Positions 39,760 through 54,520 of a stretch of DNA of 64,000 bases are shown in pieces. A program made the position numbers and the translations under genes. The notes under the pieces were generated by a model. It had not been told where the DNA came from and did no database searches. It saw nothing but the letters and a program-made list of their open reading frames with translations. Numbering within the stretch: the first letter of the stretch is position 1; each line of letters starts with the position of its first letter. The stretch lies in NCBI RefSeq assembly GCF_009914755.1, contig NC_060942.1; one strand, 5' to 3'. Source of the stretch: the human T2T-CHM13v2.0 reference genome, Homo sapiens.

Positions 39760-41174
39760 TAAACCAATTAGAGCTAAATACTTAATGAGACATTTTTAGA
39801 GAATTGGCAACATGTATATGTATTTCTATTCCTTCCCTCTCTAACCAAATGAAGACCACATAGTGTATCAGAATGCTGTTCCAGTATACAATTTTTCCTT
39901 AAAGTCACTCAGTAAAAGGAACAGTATAGATTTATTTCATAGAACCACTTGCCTCTTTTGGAAGCATGAATTAAGTGGTTCCCTGAACTTCACATTTAAC
40001 ATGGATGCCATTTATTCTCCTTAACTTATGTGTGTTTCATGTGTTACAGTACAGATTTCATTATAATTATTGCTAATTTTATTAGCGGTATAAACTTGTC
40101 TTTTATTGCCTAGAAATATATATAGATATGGTAATGTAATATGAATTTGTTTTGTGAATTATCAGTCTCATGAAAGACGCAATGACTGTGCCATCTGCAT
40201 TTTTAAGAGTTAATGATTTGGAAGGCCCACTTTTCCTATAAACTTTATCATCTAATAATATTTTAGTTATCAGCCATTATCAGTAAGATTAATCAGAATC
40301 TTTCATTTTGTTAGAAATTCTATCAGTAACCATTCATTTGGAATAAACTATTTTCATTTTAGAAAGCTAAGTATATTCTCAGTTTCCTAACCTGGGGAAG
40401 CATGAAGAGAGAAAGCTAATAGAATAAAAAATAATGAACAAACACACTTTGCATTTTGCTTGCCTGTATGTTTTTATTGTCTACATTATAAGTACAGGTG
40501 AATAGGTTATTAAATACTCTGAACAATATATGCAAAACTCAGCCCACATATGAACAGAAACTTGACTTCTAAAGCAGATAAAGTTTTCATCTTTAAATAA
40601 TATTTAAATTGAATCATGGAAATAAAAGGGACGATAATACAACAAGACTAAACTCTCAATGACTTCGCGTTAATAAAATGTTCAAAGTGAGGGATAGACA
40701 TTAATTCCCGTTATAATTTATTTATGAAAATAATTTTTGTCACAGTTTTAAAAATTGTATTGTCTACCACTAAAGTAAATATTTTGTTATTCAATTTGTA
40801 TTTACACTTAGCTTTCTTCATCCTATAAATGATTGGCAAAAACTTGAAAGAAAGATAATTTTAAATAAAGTAGAGCATTCGAATATTAAGTCTTGAGTAT
40901 GGCAATATAAATAAATTTGTTATTGATTTTCTTTAATTTTTCAGGCTCTATGTTTGTAAATAAGTTTTTGATTCTTACTGTCTCGCACTTATTTTTGGTA
41001 GAATTATAATATGGCACTTAATCTATTTTGAGGTGTTATTACAAATGAAAGTGTATATATATCATAATGGAATTACATTTCAACTTGGAATGCTTACTAA
41101 AAACAGGTCATTAGACAACGTGTTCTTAGAATTTCAGCCGTGGAAGGAGCTTTCAATCAAAAGAGAATGCAAGG

Positions 41175-41330
41175 AAAGACTCTGGTTTAAAAATTCCCTT
41201 GTGAAATTTGTAGGAGAGTGATTTACTTTACATGTGTTGGACGCTTCATATACCAAATGGAAGTAATAACTACTTGACTAGTTCCACAAAGGTGCTATTA
41301 GAATTGGAATAATGCAGATGAGCTTTTCTT
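41175..41330 (+). mobile_element. MIR
   Basis: 'ccaaatggaagtaataactac...cacaaaggtgctattagaatt'. Confidence 0.5.
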
Positions 41331-41341
41331 ATACAACAAAA

Positions 41342-41384
41342 ACGTGTGTGTGTGTGTGTGTGTGTGCACGCGTGTGCGCATGCA
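41342..41384. repeat. (TG)n plus an alternating purine-pyrimidine tract
   Basis: 43 bp of uninterrupted RY alternation. Confidence 0.93.
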
Positions 41385-42139
41385 AGCAGAAATGTGTAAC
41401 TGAATTTTGTAAAATTACCATTTGGTATCCAAAGTAGTATTGCTAGAGAAGCAAGATTAACTGATTGAACAAATAAAAATAATCAACATGATAATTCACA
41501 GTTATATTCATAACAGTGTCAAACCTAAGACTTATTTTTTAATATATGTATTTTAGGTGATCTTTTTGCACTTTTTTAAAAACATAAAATTGTATGTGTG
41601 CTCATAATTTCATTGAGTCTTGGAAAATTATTTTGCCTTTAAAATAGTTAATAATAATTTATATCCATATTGCTTGAAAATATTAGATAACCTGCTATCA
41701 TAAGTTTCATTAATAGAAAAGGCTGAGGTTCAGAAGTAATGTCACTAGAAGCTTCAAAGTGCTGTCTGTAGTTTAACCTAAGATTCTCTTGAAGGATTGG
41801 TTTATTCACCTAAATCTGAGGATGCTTTCAAGGCTAAACATTTGCCATGGGTGATAGAGCCGCGGCTGTAATTTAGTGGGGTAGCTCTCATTCAACCTGC
41901 TGAGAATCTGACTCCTTATTGATTGGATGACCTTTATCAAAATGACTTGAGGACTACAGCTCCTTAGTTGTGAGACGTTGTCCTATTTACGCCGCTGTGT
42001 AGACAAATGAGCAGATCTCTGGCTAAGTATCCTATCCAGTTGGATTCTTCAAGAGAGAGATGTACAGGAAACTTGGTAAAGCGGAAAGGTGGGTGACACA
42101 ATGAGACAGGCAACTAGGATAGAAGATCACACTTTGTAT

Positions 42140-42255
42140 TAATGCAGCTGGGAGAAATCACTTCATATTTTTAGGCCTCTGTTTCTCTTTTGCAAAATCT
42201 AGACTTAGACTAACATGTTGCAAATGTGTCTTTTAGCTCTAAGATTTTAGATGAG
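42140..42255 (+). mobile_element. MIR3/MIR
   Basis: 'aaatcacttcatatttttaggcctctgtttctcttttgcaaaat...ttttagctctaagattttag'. Confidence 0.65.
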
Positions 42256-44019
42256 GTTTAAAAAGTCTTCTGAGAGTACAAAATAGTCCATTTTTTTAAA
42301 TGACTTATGTTCAATGTTTCAAAGTTATAAGAAGATATTCTTAGCACAACAGTCAACTGCCCCTATTTGATACATAGTGGGCTATTTTAAACTGCTCTCT
42401 ACCCCTTAGCTCATCATTATTCATATCCCCTCTATAGTTTGAAGGTCAAAGATAATGTCTAAATCTATTATTTTCCACTAACCTGAGAAGAAAATATGCC
42501 ATATTTTCATTAAACATGAAGTAAACGGTTATAAAGTAAAAGGCTGTAATGTCAGTGTTCAAGGACAAAGTCTCTACTTTTGTTTTTCTTTGAAAGTGAG
42601 AGCTGCCATATTTGTCACAAACAGCCTTTGTTTTATATTCCTGTGTTGTTTCCATTAAACCGCATTATCTGTCACTTTATTTCCTTCAAATGTATTGTTA
42701 TAGCATTTATGAACAGATGAATTAAAATGCTTTGGATAAATTCTGTGTATGTTTATATAATAGTCAATGCAAAATTATCCAAGAAGTAAATCAAGATGAA
42801 AAAGCAATGGAATAGGATTTTTTCTTTTTACAATGTTTTAACATTAAAAGTATATGATGCGCTACAAAATATGTACCCAATATTAGCTCTGTAATTCTAT
42901 GCAAAACAAAATGCTAGCAAAATATCTAGATAAAAGCTTACCATAATACATAATTAAATCAATACGTGAAGGGTTTTTAATAATGAAAGCAATAAGCCAC
43001 AAACTCACAATATACATTATGTTGGATTAATATTATAAGTGTAGATTATGCATGGATGGACCTCACAAACTGTGGCCATAGTTAACGAAATCCTAGCTTC
43101 CGTGAGCAGCAAAATTCGTCTATATTTTACTTCAATAAAGTGGAAAACTTCATACTGACACCAAGAGTAAATAGAAGAACTCTTTAATATTCATGTAATT
43201 TTATCCATTTTGCTGTTTTCTAATACAGATACATAAACACATTTGAACAAATGAAAATGTATGGGTTTTTTTTAAGATCTCAAGAAAAGCACATTCTAAA
43301 ACTACACTCAATAACACATATATCATTTTATCATATTAATTAATAGTTACCATTGAAAATTATTTTAAAATTACTATTTTTTCTTCAAGTCATGAGTAAA
43401 AACAAGTGCAATGTTTTCACTTTACCATTGTATTGTGATTTTGTTTGTATTTCTGTAGATGTTATGATTATTTTCATTCATTAGGGTTCCACATACAAAA
43501 AGAATACAACTATTGATGACACATATGTCATCAATAATGTGTTATAAAAATGAAATCATGAGATTGTTTATCTCTTTGGTAAATTATTATACCATTTATG
43601 TAAAATGAAGCAAACAAAGGAAAGTATGTTTTTAGTGACAGTAGAATACTTTTGCAAAGAATTTTCAGTAAAGAGATTCCAAGCTACAACATGAGTAATA
43701 GTGGATCCAAAAAAAATATGTTTCCTCAATTTTAAGGAAGGAATAGTTAAAAGTTTTTAAAAGTTACTGATAGTAACTGTGAAAAAGATATGTTGACAAT
43801 GCTACTATTGTCTGATTACTGCAGGATGAATATATTCCAAGGTGATTAAAATGGGAATGTCATTATGTATGTATTGGAACTTTGGCCTCCTAGGATACCT
43901 AGGTCATAACATCAAATATACTGACAAGAATACATTTTGACCTAGCAATATATATATATATATTTAAATACTCTCATTCATTCTTAGATGGAAAGTGCTA
44001 GATGATAGGAATGCAATGA

Positions 44020-44085
44020 TAAATAATACAATGCTTCCCATCACAAAGAAATGATAAATATATGAGGTGATGAATATGCTAAATA
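44020..44085 (+). mobile_element. L1MA 3' UTR fragment (partner of 34095-34205)
   Basis: 'tcccatcacaaagaaatgataaatatatgaggtgatgaatatgctaaata'. Confidence 0.8.
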
Positions 44086-44152
44086 CAGGTAGGTATGTGG
44101 CATGTAATGGCAGGGCTACATTCTCACAACTGCATCCTTAGGTGATTTCATT
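44086..44152 (-). mobile_element. Tigger3 terminal fragment (right TIR, inverted relative to the 34.2-kb copy)
   Basis: Follows TA; 'cagg...tatgtggcatgtaatggcagggctacattctcacaactgcatccttaggtgatttc' resembles the reverse complement of 35824-35885. Confidence 0.7.
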
Positions 44153-44199
44153 AGTACTATTAGGTTTTATTAGGTACTGTTAGGCTTTATAAATTTTAA

Positions 44200-45003
<804 letters not shown>

Positions 45004-45059
45004 TCAATAATTATTGTAATGCATTTTAACCATAACTACTTTAAAACAAACAAACAAAA

Positions 45060-45165
45060 ATCTAACATCAGATAAATTAAGTAGTTTGTTCTTGAACACT
45101 TTGCCAAGAAATGAAAAAGCTGATTCCAAACCATTTTGCTCTGTTTCTACCATAGTACTTTATGA
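45060..45165 (-). mobile_element. MIR fragment
   Basis: 'aattaagtagtttgttcttgaacac...aagctgattccaaacc'. Confidence 0.45.
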
Positions 45166-46859
45166 AATGAATATTAAGCAATTTCCTGGTAAATTGGATT
45201 AGGACCAATATTACATAATAAGAGTACTTTTCAAGATTTTATTACTATACTTTTTATCTATATTTTTATAATCCAAATTGATTTGAGATCATCAAAGATT
45301 TTCTCCATGTTGTGTTTCAACATATTTTGTGTTATTCTATTTCAAGTTCCTGTTGAGAGGCATCTGATGTATGCCCTTTAAATTGCGCCAAATGCATACT
45401 CAAGGCACACTACATATTTCTTGTATGAAATAATGTAACTTTTTATTGATATATTATTTTAAGGATTTAATAGTTCTCTTAAATAATTTGCCTGTATAGG
45501 TTTTATATAATTAATATGATTTTAAAACATTTTGGTTTTATTTACAGTAATCAAACATATTATGAAATTTTAAGCATTAACATTTTAATTTTCAAAAAAT
45601 TTTGTAAATAATATTAACTTGTATTATCAAAACTTATACATATATTTTTTTCATTGTAGTATACACACTTTCAGCCAAATACATTGATGTTTTTTGCTTA
45701 GAGCCTCTCACTTTCAGGTTCGGAACATTCACCTGACCTTGGAAATGTGTTCTTTCTCCTGTGTAGCTCTTTGTAGAATAGGATAACATTGAATTCCCAG
45801 GAAGCAATGGTAATGTCAAAAATTACAGCCTCATAAAAGCTTTAATTCCCACCATAAAAATAATATATAAAGTAGAGAACTATGAGGGTGCTTCACATAT
45901 TGCAATGTCAGGTTTAGGAGCACTACTATAAAATTTATAGTACCTATCTATTTGATAGTGGGTGAGAACGCAAGAAAGTGTTGCTTAAATATAGCTAGGT
46001 TATAAACAAGTGTGTGCTTTGGGGGAGGGAAGATTGGGGCATGTTTTGTGGAACAAATGAATGTTAAAGACCTGATGTTTAAAAATCCTGTTTCCTTAAG
46101 ATGGAGCTCTAAAAATTACGTTTTATCATCAAAACATAACGAGTTGAAATTACAAAATATAGTATGCTCTATGGATATGTAGGAGAGTGAGAGCTGTGAT
46201 TGAATGAAAACACAAAAACAAAAGAATGGAAAAAATGAGTTTACCAAATATTCAACTGGATTGGCATAAACAGAAATGGAATGACTGTGACTAAAGAGCA
46301 TCTGCAAACTCAGGGAGCCATATGACAGATTAGGCAGAATTAGCTCTGCTTGGCCAATGTTATGTCTCAAATCCCAGGTTTTCAGCTGGATCGTGATCTA
46401 CTAGGATCCCTTCCCAGCATCCTGATTCTGGCTAGAATTTACATTGCCTTGAGATACTGTCTCTGTGTTATTGGAGCACAAGACAAAATAAAGGTAGGAT
46501 TGTTTTGGTGAATTAATGCGGTTTTATCTCCTCTATGTGGCTAGGATAACTGCAGCTTCATAGGTCATTCAGCAACAGCTTTTTTCCCCTAGGGCTTTAC
46601 ATTTAGAAATATGTTTTTATTGATTTTTAAAACACTTTTGTCATTTTTAAAGAATCTCTTCTGGCCAAGATAATTATAAAACTTTAGTTTTGCCTTGGCT
46701 TGGTCCTCTACTACTTGTGAGATTTTTATCTTTCAAACTCAGATCATTTTTTCATTCTTTAATTAAATACTGCATTGGAAGAAATTATCTTTTCACTCTG
46801 CATTTCCTTTATTTTTCTCTACTATTTTGAATACTCTTTTTCCAAAATCATGCTTGTAT

Positions 46860-47415
46860 TCGTGTATCCACTGACCTACCCTACCTCCTCACCTCAGCAG
46901 CAGCTCATGTACTTCAAGGAAATGACCATAATCTCTGTAATTTATTCCAGTAGTGGGTGTCACTGGGGAAAAACCCAAACCCAGAACAAAACAAAAAACA
47001 AAAAAAGCCTAATTTCCCTTATTTAGATTTTGTTAAGGCAAGACCTATGACCCAGTTTGGTCATCTGGAAATTTCCTGAATAGTTTGGAAAAGGTTTTCT
47101 TCATTTGCGGAAGAGGACCTCTTTTTCTCTCCTTGTGTTCATAAACAAGAGTGCTTGCCTTCCTGGCAGCTTCTGTTTGTCATCCAACAGGAATTATGGG
47201 GAATAGGTAAAGATGCAAGCAACAATGTGGATGCAAAGCAAAATGACACAACCAATCTGAATCTTTGATAGCTTCATTAAGCCACCTAATCAATGAAACC
47301 TAAAGTCCTAATTCATGCTATATATTCTGTTATTCAAATTAATTAATTTTCTTATTTTTAAAGCTGGGCTGAATCTGAGTCTTTTACTTGCTCCAAGAGC
47401 ATATTATCTGATCCG
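46860..47415 (+). mobile_element. Old MLT1 (J/K-like) or ERVL-type LTR
   Basis: 'tatgacccagtttggtca' and a 3' end 'tttcttatttttaaagctgggctgaatctgagtcttttacttgc'. Confidence 0.55.
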
Positions 47416-47714
47416 TACATGCTCATATTTACCTTATATTGCAGTATACATTAAATATTTGATATTTAAATAGGTACAATATCATACCTAGTATTTCAAT
47501 TACAAGACTGTATTTTAAATAATCCAGCTTGCTTTTTTCCCTCCACCCTCCATGATGAAGTTTATCTCAGTGTGTGTTTTCCTTTTACTGATCATGCCGA
47601 GGAACCAACAGCTTTTTGGCCATGTTATTTTTCTCTGCAGCAGAGCATCCTAGAATTCATCATCTCTAGATTTATCATATTCCATTGATTTAATATTTAA
47701 TGTCACAATATTTT

Positions 47715-47826
47715 TCTCAGCACAGTATATTGTATTGATGGGTTTAGCGCAACAGACTAAATGAGTAGACAATCTCAATGAGTTACAAGTCTTGCCTTCC
47801 TAGAGCTTGCAGTCTAGCAGAAGATG
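47715..47826 (-). mobile_element. L2 3' fragment
   Basis: 'aagtcttgccttcctagagcttgcagtctagcagaaga'. Confidence 0.55.
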
Positions 47827-48604
47827 TTGCTATAACTTTTGCACGTCTTTATGGCATTGTTGGATGACATGCCATTTACTTTTCCCCAGGACACCACAGA
47901 AACAAAACTCTTTCATAACCAAAATGAAAAAAAAAAAACTTAAAATATACAAAGTATATTTATTGTAAATTTTACGCTCTGCAAAGGAACAAGAGAAACT
48001 GTAGCCTTTCCCGTCTATCAAAAACACAGAGTTAGAGCCTCTCCTGGCAGAGCTAAGAATTCACAGGCTGGGCATTTGGAGACGCTCTTCTCCACGTGCA
48101 CCTGGGTGTAGGTTTAATATGCTGCTGAGTTCTTGTTTTGCACAGGAAGGCAGTCATGAAGCACATGCCATAGCAAACACCTGCTCTCTAGCCATACGAG
48201 TATTTTTGAACATGGCAAAAATAGGCAGAGAGTAGGTGCAGATACAATTATTGCTGCAGATTTGTAATTTTCAAAGGAAAATTGCAGCTTTCATTACTGC
48301 TGTCTAAATTTAGATGAATGAGAGCAGAATCAGCAAAATACGTTTTTGATGTTATATATGTATAAATTAAGAGTTTGCATCAGAATCTGTTTGCCAGTTT
48401 TCTGCCTTTTTTCTTACTTAATATGAATATTCTAGAAGATGGCGTTTAAAGAGTAAGTTATAAAAATATATAAATTATGTTTTGTTCCCCTGATACAGTT
48501 TATATAGCCATTTTATGTGTGAGATGTAAAAGTGATATTGGGAAATAGAAGTGATACTAAAGTAATAATCTCTTCTTTTAGAATAGTGGAATGTAAGGAT
48601 AGTA

Positions 48605-48755
48605 GAGCTATTCTTACGTGACTATGGGAAACAAATGAACACTGTAGAAACTCTCCCCAGAAAAATTAACATGCACAGAAAAAGTCGCACAGAATTTTAA
48701 GGCTTTATGGATTCCCTAGATCTATTTAATATTTGTTTTCGGTTAAATATCTTTC
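48605..48755. mobile_element. hAT-Charlie-type MITE fragment
   Basis: 'ctctccccagaaaaattaacatgcacagaaa...aattttaaggctttatgga'. Confidence 0.5.
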
Positions 48756-49134
48756 CAAACCTAAAAACATAAAGTAAACAAAAAGAAAGATTTACTTAAA
48801 AAAACTAAGGGTAAATATGATTGAAATGCTATCTTGTCAGCTTATTATAGTCAATAAAACATTCTTAGAGAATAGGACTTTTTCCTTGTGCCTCATTAAC
48901 TGCTTGTCGTATATTCAAATTTTCATTCCACTAGGTATAAGTACAGAAAAATTTAGCAAACAATTTATATCAACTTTAAAGTGTTTAAGACATTGCCTAT
49001 GCTTAGGTATACAAATTTGATAATATATGTATGTTATCATGTAAATGTTATCTTTAATATAACCTTATTATTTGCTATAGAGTAGCTTAAGTAATTGAAA
49101 TATACTCTGAAGAGTCCATTAATTAATCCTACTT

Positions 49135-49585
49135 TGTTACCATGTTTTTGAGTGCATGTAACAAGATCCAAAATATGTTAGTTTAATGAAAATATTGTTT
49201 TCTTCCTCTTCTTCCAGGAAGTCCACATGTTGGCAGTCCAGAAGTGGTCAAGTGGCTCTACAATGTCAACAGTGTCTCAAATCTTTCTTTCTGCTTAAGA
49301 ATCTTGGACAGGAGACTCACATCTTCATGCCTGTCTTATAGTAACGACATGGGGCAGTCTTTGGTCTGCACTGAAGGCAGGAAGAAGGGCATGAGGAAAA
49401 TGAAGGTGATCAGCTTCTGTGAAAAGCAAACTCAGTGGTCAGAACACTGTTATTAGGATGAGCCCAAGGCTAGAGAATATATTATTGTTAGGCAGTGCAT
49501 TGCTGTCCCAAACAACAGTATGATTCTGCTAATGAAGATGAAAATAAGAATGGATATCCAAGGCAATTAGCAGTTTCCGTAATAA
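49135..49585 (-). mobile_element. MLT1J/K-like MaLR LTR
   Basis: 'tgcatgtaacaagatccaaaatatgttagtttaa', 'aggcaggaagaaggg' and 'gaatggatatccaaggcaattagcagt'. Confidence 0.7.
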
Positions 49586-49874
49586 TTAATACTTTGTTCT
49601 ACCATTTTATGAAGTCACTTTTTAGGTACCTGCTTTAGAATGAGCTTTATCCCCCCTAGATTAGTTACTCCTCTTATTGACTTGAAAAACTTAATGAAGT
49701 AATTTCATAAATTGATAATAACAGGAGAATAATTTAGGCATGAAAGTATGGCAGGTGTATGGAGGAATTATACTTAAGGCAGATGTGGGAGAGTGTTAAT
49801 TAGAGGATATTTCACTCAAGTAGGTTTTGGTCACCAGGAATAAAGAGACGAGGTCTCCTGGAGGCCATTGTAAT

Positions 49875-50442
<568 letters not shown>

Positions 50443-50636
50443 CTAAGTTGTCTATAAGCAACAATGTGAAAACATAGAACTGCTTTTAAGGGGTGGGGAA
50501 CTGCAAACAGTTCACTGTTGGTAGAGAAGTTGGCTAAGGAAATCTAAAGAAGTTTAAGGAGAAAAAATGAGCTAGCTCATCTAATATTTGAATTCAGGAG
50601 GAGCCAGTGGTGGAGCTGTGCATGGGTGTCATAGAG

Positions 50637-50830
50637 CAGTACTTCTCAAACTTCAGTGCACACACAAATCATTGGAGGAGTTTATTAAAACCTACATTAT
50701 GATTCAGGAGCTCTAGAGATAGATCTGGGACTCTGTGTTTTTAAACCTCCCCCCTCCTGTGCTGTCCAAGTTAACAGAATGCTGCTGATGCCATTGATCT
50801 TAAGTAAGAAGGTCATTGATCACTCTGGAG
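50637..50830. mobile_element. MER5A/B (hAT-Charlie)
   Basis: 'cagtacttctcaaacttcagtgcacacacaaatca...gagtttattaaaa...tgattcaggagctct'. Confidence 0.75.
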
Positions 50831-51744
50831 GTTTGGAGGGTAGATTCTGAGGAAATATTGGAAGCTCAGTCATATATGTTGAATAACAAGACAAATTTCA
50901 AGTTAAAAATACCAGTAAATAAAGTGTTGTGGGTGCATTGCCAGGTTATTGAGATAAGAAGGAAAGAAATCAATTGCAGAAATTGCAATGCATGTAAATA
51001 TAAGCTGTGGAATACAGCAATGAAAGAGACTTTGACTATGTAGAGGAAATTGAGGATAACAGCAAGTTTATGAATAGCACTTTCTTTTCCAGCAACTGTA
51101 TAAAATGTACTGATGTCAAAACTTTACAAAAATCAAACGTTGAATGAGAAGAGTCAATTCCCCATTATCCTATGTAGTCTATTTTCTTCTTTGGGAGAGG
51201 ATAAGAATTGTTTATGCCCATTCAAAACAAACCCTTGTTATTTATAAGAAGTACTTTCTGCACATCGATTGTAAAGTGATACATTTTTATCACTACTGCT
51301 TAGAGTGACCCATGCAGTAGTTCTAATAAATATATACACATAAAAATTTCAGCTAGGAAATGATGAATATTACAGCTTGTGTGCATGGGCTGAGCACATT
51401 TCTGAGAGGACAAATACAAAAACATCAATTTTAAACTAGCTTATTGAATTACATAATCGGATAATGGCAGAATAAATGAGGATATATGAAACAGGTCCAC
51501 TAGTAAAATAACTTTTATTCTGTGTAATGTGATACAGGTAAAATAAGGCAGAAAATCAAGAACAAAAACTATCTCCTGGCCAATTTGGGCTATTCTGCTC
51601 TTTTTGCTTATGCCAAATTTTAGAGTTTAACGAAGATAAAAAGAACATAAATGTCTCAAGAAGTGCAATTTGGCTTCAGTATTCTCATAACTTCTCTTAA
51701 TTAAAATATAACCAGGTTAAAAGCAGATTTTGCTGTTTCAACAG

Positions 51745-53010
51745 CATTCATCCATTTATTCATTCAGAAAATATTTATTTAAATGTCTGCTGTTAAAAGA
51801 TACCGCTAACGGAACTGTAGTTTATATGGTAAACTAGACTGAACAAGGCCTTTGCTTTCATAATGCTTATATCATAGTCTGGGGAGACAGGAATTTTTTA
51901 AAGGCAAAATAAACAGAAACATAATTTCAAGTAATGTTTTTAAAAGTCTGAAAATGTGATTGAAAATAATTATGGTGAGGATCTACCAAAGTTGGTGATG
52001 AGAATAGTCTTTTTTGAAGAGCTGCTACTTTAGGTGTTATTTTAATGATTTAATAAAGAAGCCATTTTCAAAAAATCTGGAGGAAGTATGTGTTATGCAG
52101 AAGACGTACTTAGTGTATGGGCACTGAGGTCTGAATAATCTTGGTATGATCAAGAAAGAAAGAAGGGGGACTGGATCAGGCATACTGGGAAGATACAAGC
52201 GATCTCCAAAAGACAGAAGTGAAGATACAGGGGCTAAATCACAAAGTGCTGTGTAGAGTAGGTCAATGAGTTTAGACTTGATTTTGATGTGATGGGAAGC
52301 AAGTGACTGATTGAAGTGGGTAACAAGTAGGTGGAAAAATATCTGAATTGCCTTTTGAGATGTTCACTCTAGCTCGTGAGCAGAGAAAGGTTTGGAGGAA
52401 AGTGAGCAAGAATAGAAGAATTAAAGTTTTGGAGTAAAGTGAGCAAGAATACAATAATTAAAATTTTCAAAGAGTTCAGGGTAAACTCAAGCATTCTGAT
52501 GTGCACATTGAAGATGTTAAAAGACTAATAGACTCTGAAAAGGTGATGTCAACTGGGCAGTTGTTTAGGGAAGTCATGCTTAGGTAAGTATCTGAGAAAC
52601 AAATGTCACAAAAATCATATTAAAACCATTGGTTGTCAAATAAAAAGCAAGAAGTCATCAAAAGAGACTGAAAGGTAGAGGAAATGAAGAGGAGAAAACC
52701 CTCCCAGATAATAGCATCATGGAATGAAACAGGACGTTGTTTTAAAGAGGCAGTAAGAGGGCACTAACTATGCAGATTGCTGCTGAGGGTTCAGCTATGG
52801 CAAAGACAAACCGGTGACCCCTGAGTTTTGCCAAGAGAAGCAGATGGGAAACCACATTAGAATAGCTTCACTAGGGCCCCAGGGATGGAGGTCGAAGGGG
52901 AGTGAGTTGTAGGGAGAAGGTGAGTTGAGTAAATTAGGTCATATTTTTCTAGGAAAGTACCACTATAAAGGAAAAGACAGCATGATGGTAGCTGGAGCAG
53001 AGTGGAGACT
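51745..53010 (-). mobile_element. L2a
   Basis: Tail 'cattcatccatttattcattcagaaaatatttatt', plus 'tagtctggggagacag' and 'gattgctgctgagggttcagct'. Confidence 0.8.
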
Positions 53011-54249
53011 GGAGGGGATTTTGTTCCCCAGACAGATGATAATAAAAGCTGTCCACAGATATTTCAGTTAACCCTTGGGTCATACACATGAAACAAAATT
53101 TCAGACTTTTAGAGTTTCTAGGTCTTTCACAAATATTCCTAGTATCTCTTCTCAACATACTGAGCAACATAAATCTGATCTATGAGTAAGAAATGATAAT
53201 TATTTATTGAAAATATTTAATGCCATTCTGTTTTTGAAAGCCTTGAAAAATAGTAAACCAAAAATAAACATTAAACAATTTGTAAATATCAACTGAAAGT
53301 GTCACCATATTCCATTTTTCCCAGAGTCTATTGCATTTTAGTGTTTCTTAGGTCTACACATGCTATTTTATTTTTATTTATATAGTTACATGTGCTAATG
53401 TATTATCTACTGATATTTCAAATATACATTTCTGAATCTACAATTTTCTTAAATGAACAAATAATCTTCTCACTGGAAGGAACCTAGGAATATAATTCTG
53501 GATAGAAACATAATTAAAACGTTCTGGATGTAAAGCTTTTCTGTTTTTAAAAACATTCAAAAGGAAATCCCAAATTCATGAAAAACCTATTTGCACACAA
53601 ACCTAAGGCTTACTATCATATTTGCTTTGATTATTGTAGTTTCTCCCTCATTGTCACATAATGCAATTATTTTAACGTTGTGTGATGCGGCAGTGTGGTC
53701 TTAAGGTTGAGTAGTTCACACATATCTACAATGATTTATTTTTCTGTAACCATGCTTGCTCAAATCAAATCACTATATAGACTTTTGAAGACTTAACCAA
53801 TAGAAGTCATTTGAGATTCAGTTTATATTGTTCAGCATATACCTTAGTAAAATTATGTATTGAAATAAATATATGAGCATCCTCCTTGTTCTGTCATTGA
53901 GCTTATCTAGTATCCTTGTGTTTGATGCTAAGCATCCTTCCCTACTGGCTAAGCACTGTTCTCCCAGGGCTGTTGACATATACACACAAACAACTAAGGG
54001 AATAATGCTCTAATAAAGAACACTTAGGCATCAGCTGTGAAACAAGAGAGTTATGCAGAAAGCACAGTAGAGCCGTCTCTGATTTTGAAACACAGCTGTC
54101 TATAGACCTCCTTTGTTTGGAAAGTGAGTTCTATAATTAGACCCTTAATGGGACTGTCTAATTTGTAGAAGCATCACAAGTTCCAGTGATGTATGCAAAC
54201 CATGGCATGCTGTTTTACTGTCACTTACAGAAAGTTTTCAAAATGACAT

Positions 54250-54520
54250 TATTCTTTGTAAGTTCAGGGATACAAGTGCAGGTTTGCTACATAGGTAAAC
54301 TTGTGTCTTATACAGTTTGTTGTGCAGATTATTTCCTCACTCGAGTATTAAGCCTAGCACCCATTAGTTATTTTTCCTGATCCTCTCCCTTCTCCCTCCC
54401 TCAACCTTCTGAAAGACCCCAGTTTGTTGTTCCCCTCTATGTGTCCATGTGTTCTCATCATTTAGCTCCCACTTATAAGTGAGAACGTGCCGCATTTGGT
54501 TTTCTGTTCCTGTATTAGTT
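54250..54520 (-). mobile_element. L1PA13-like 3' end
   Basis: 'ttcagggatacaagtgcaggtttgctacataggtaaacttgtgtc...gtattaagcctagcacccattagttatttttcctgatcctctccc'. Confidence 0.88.
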
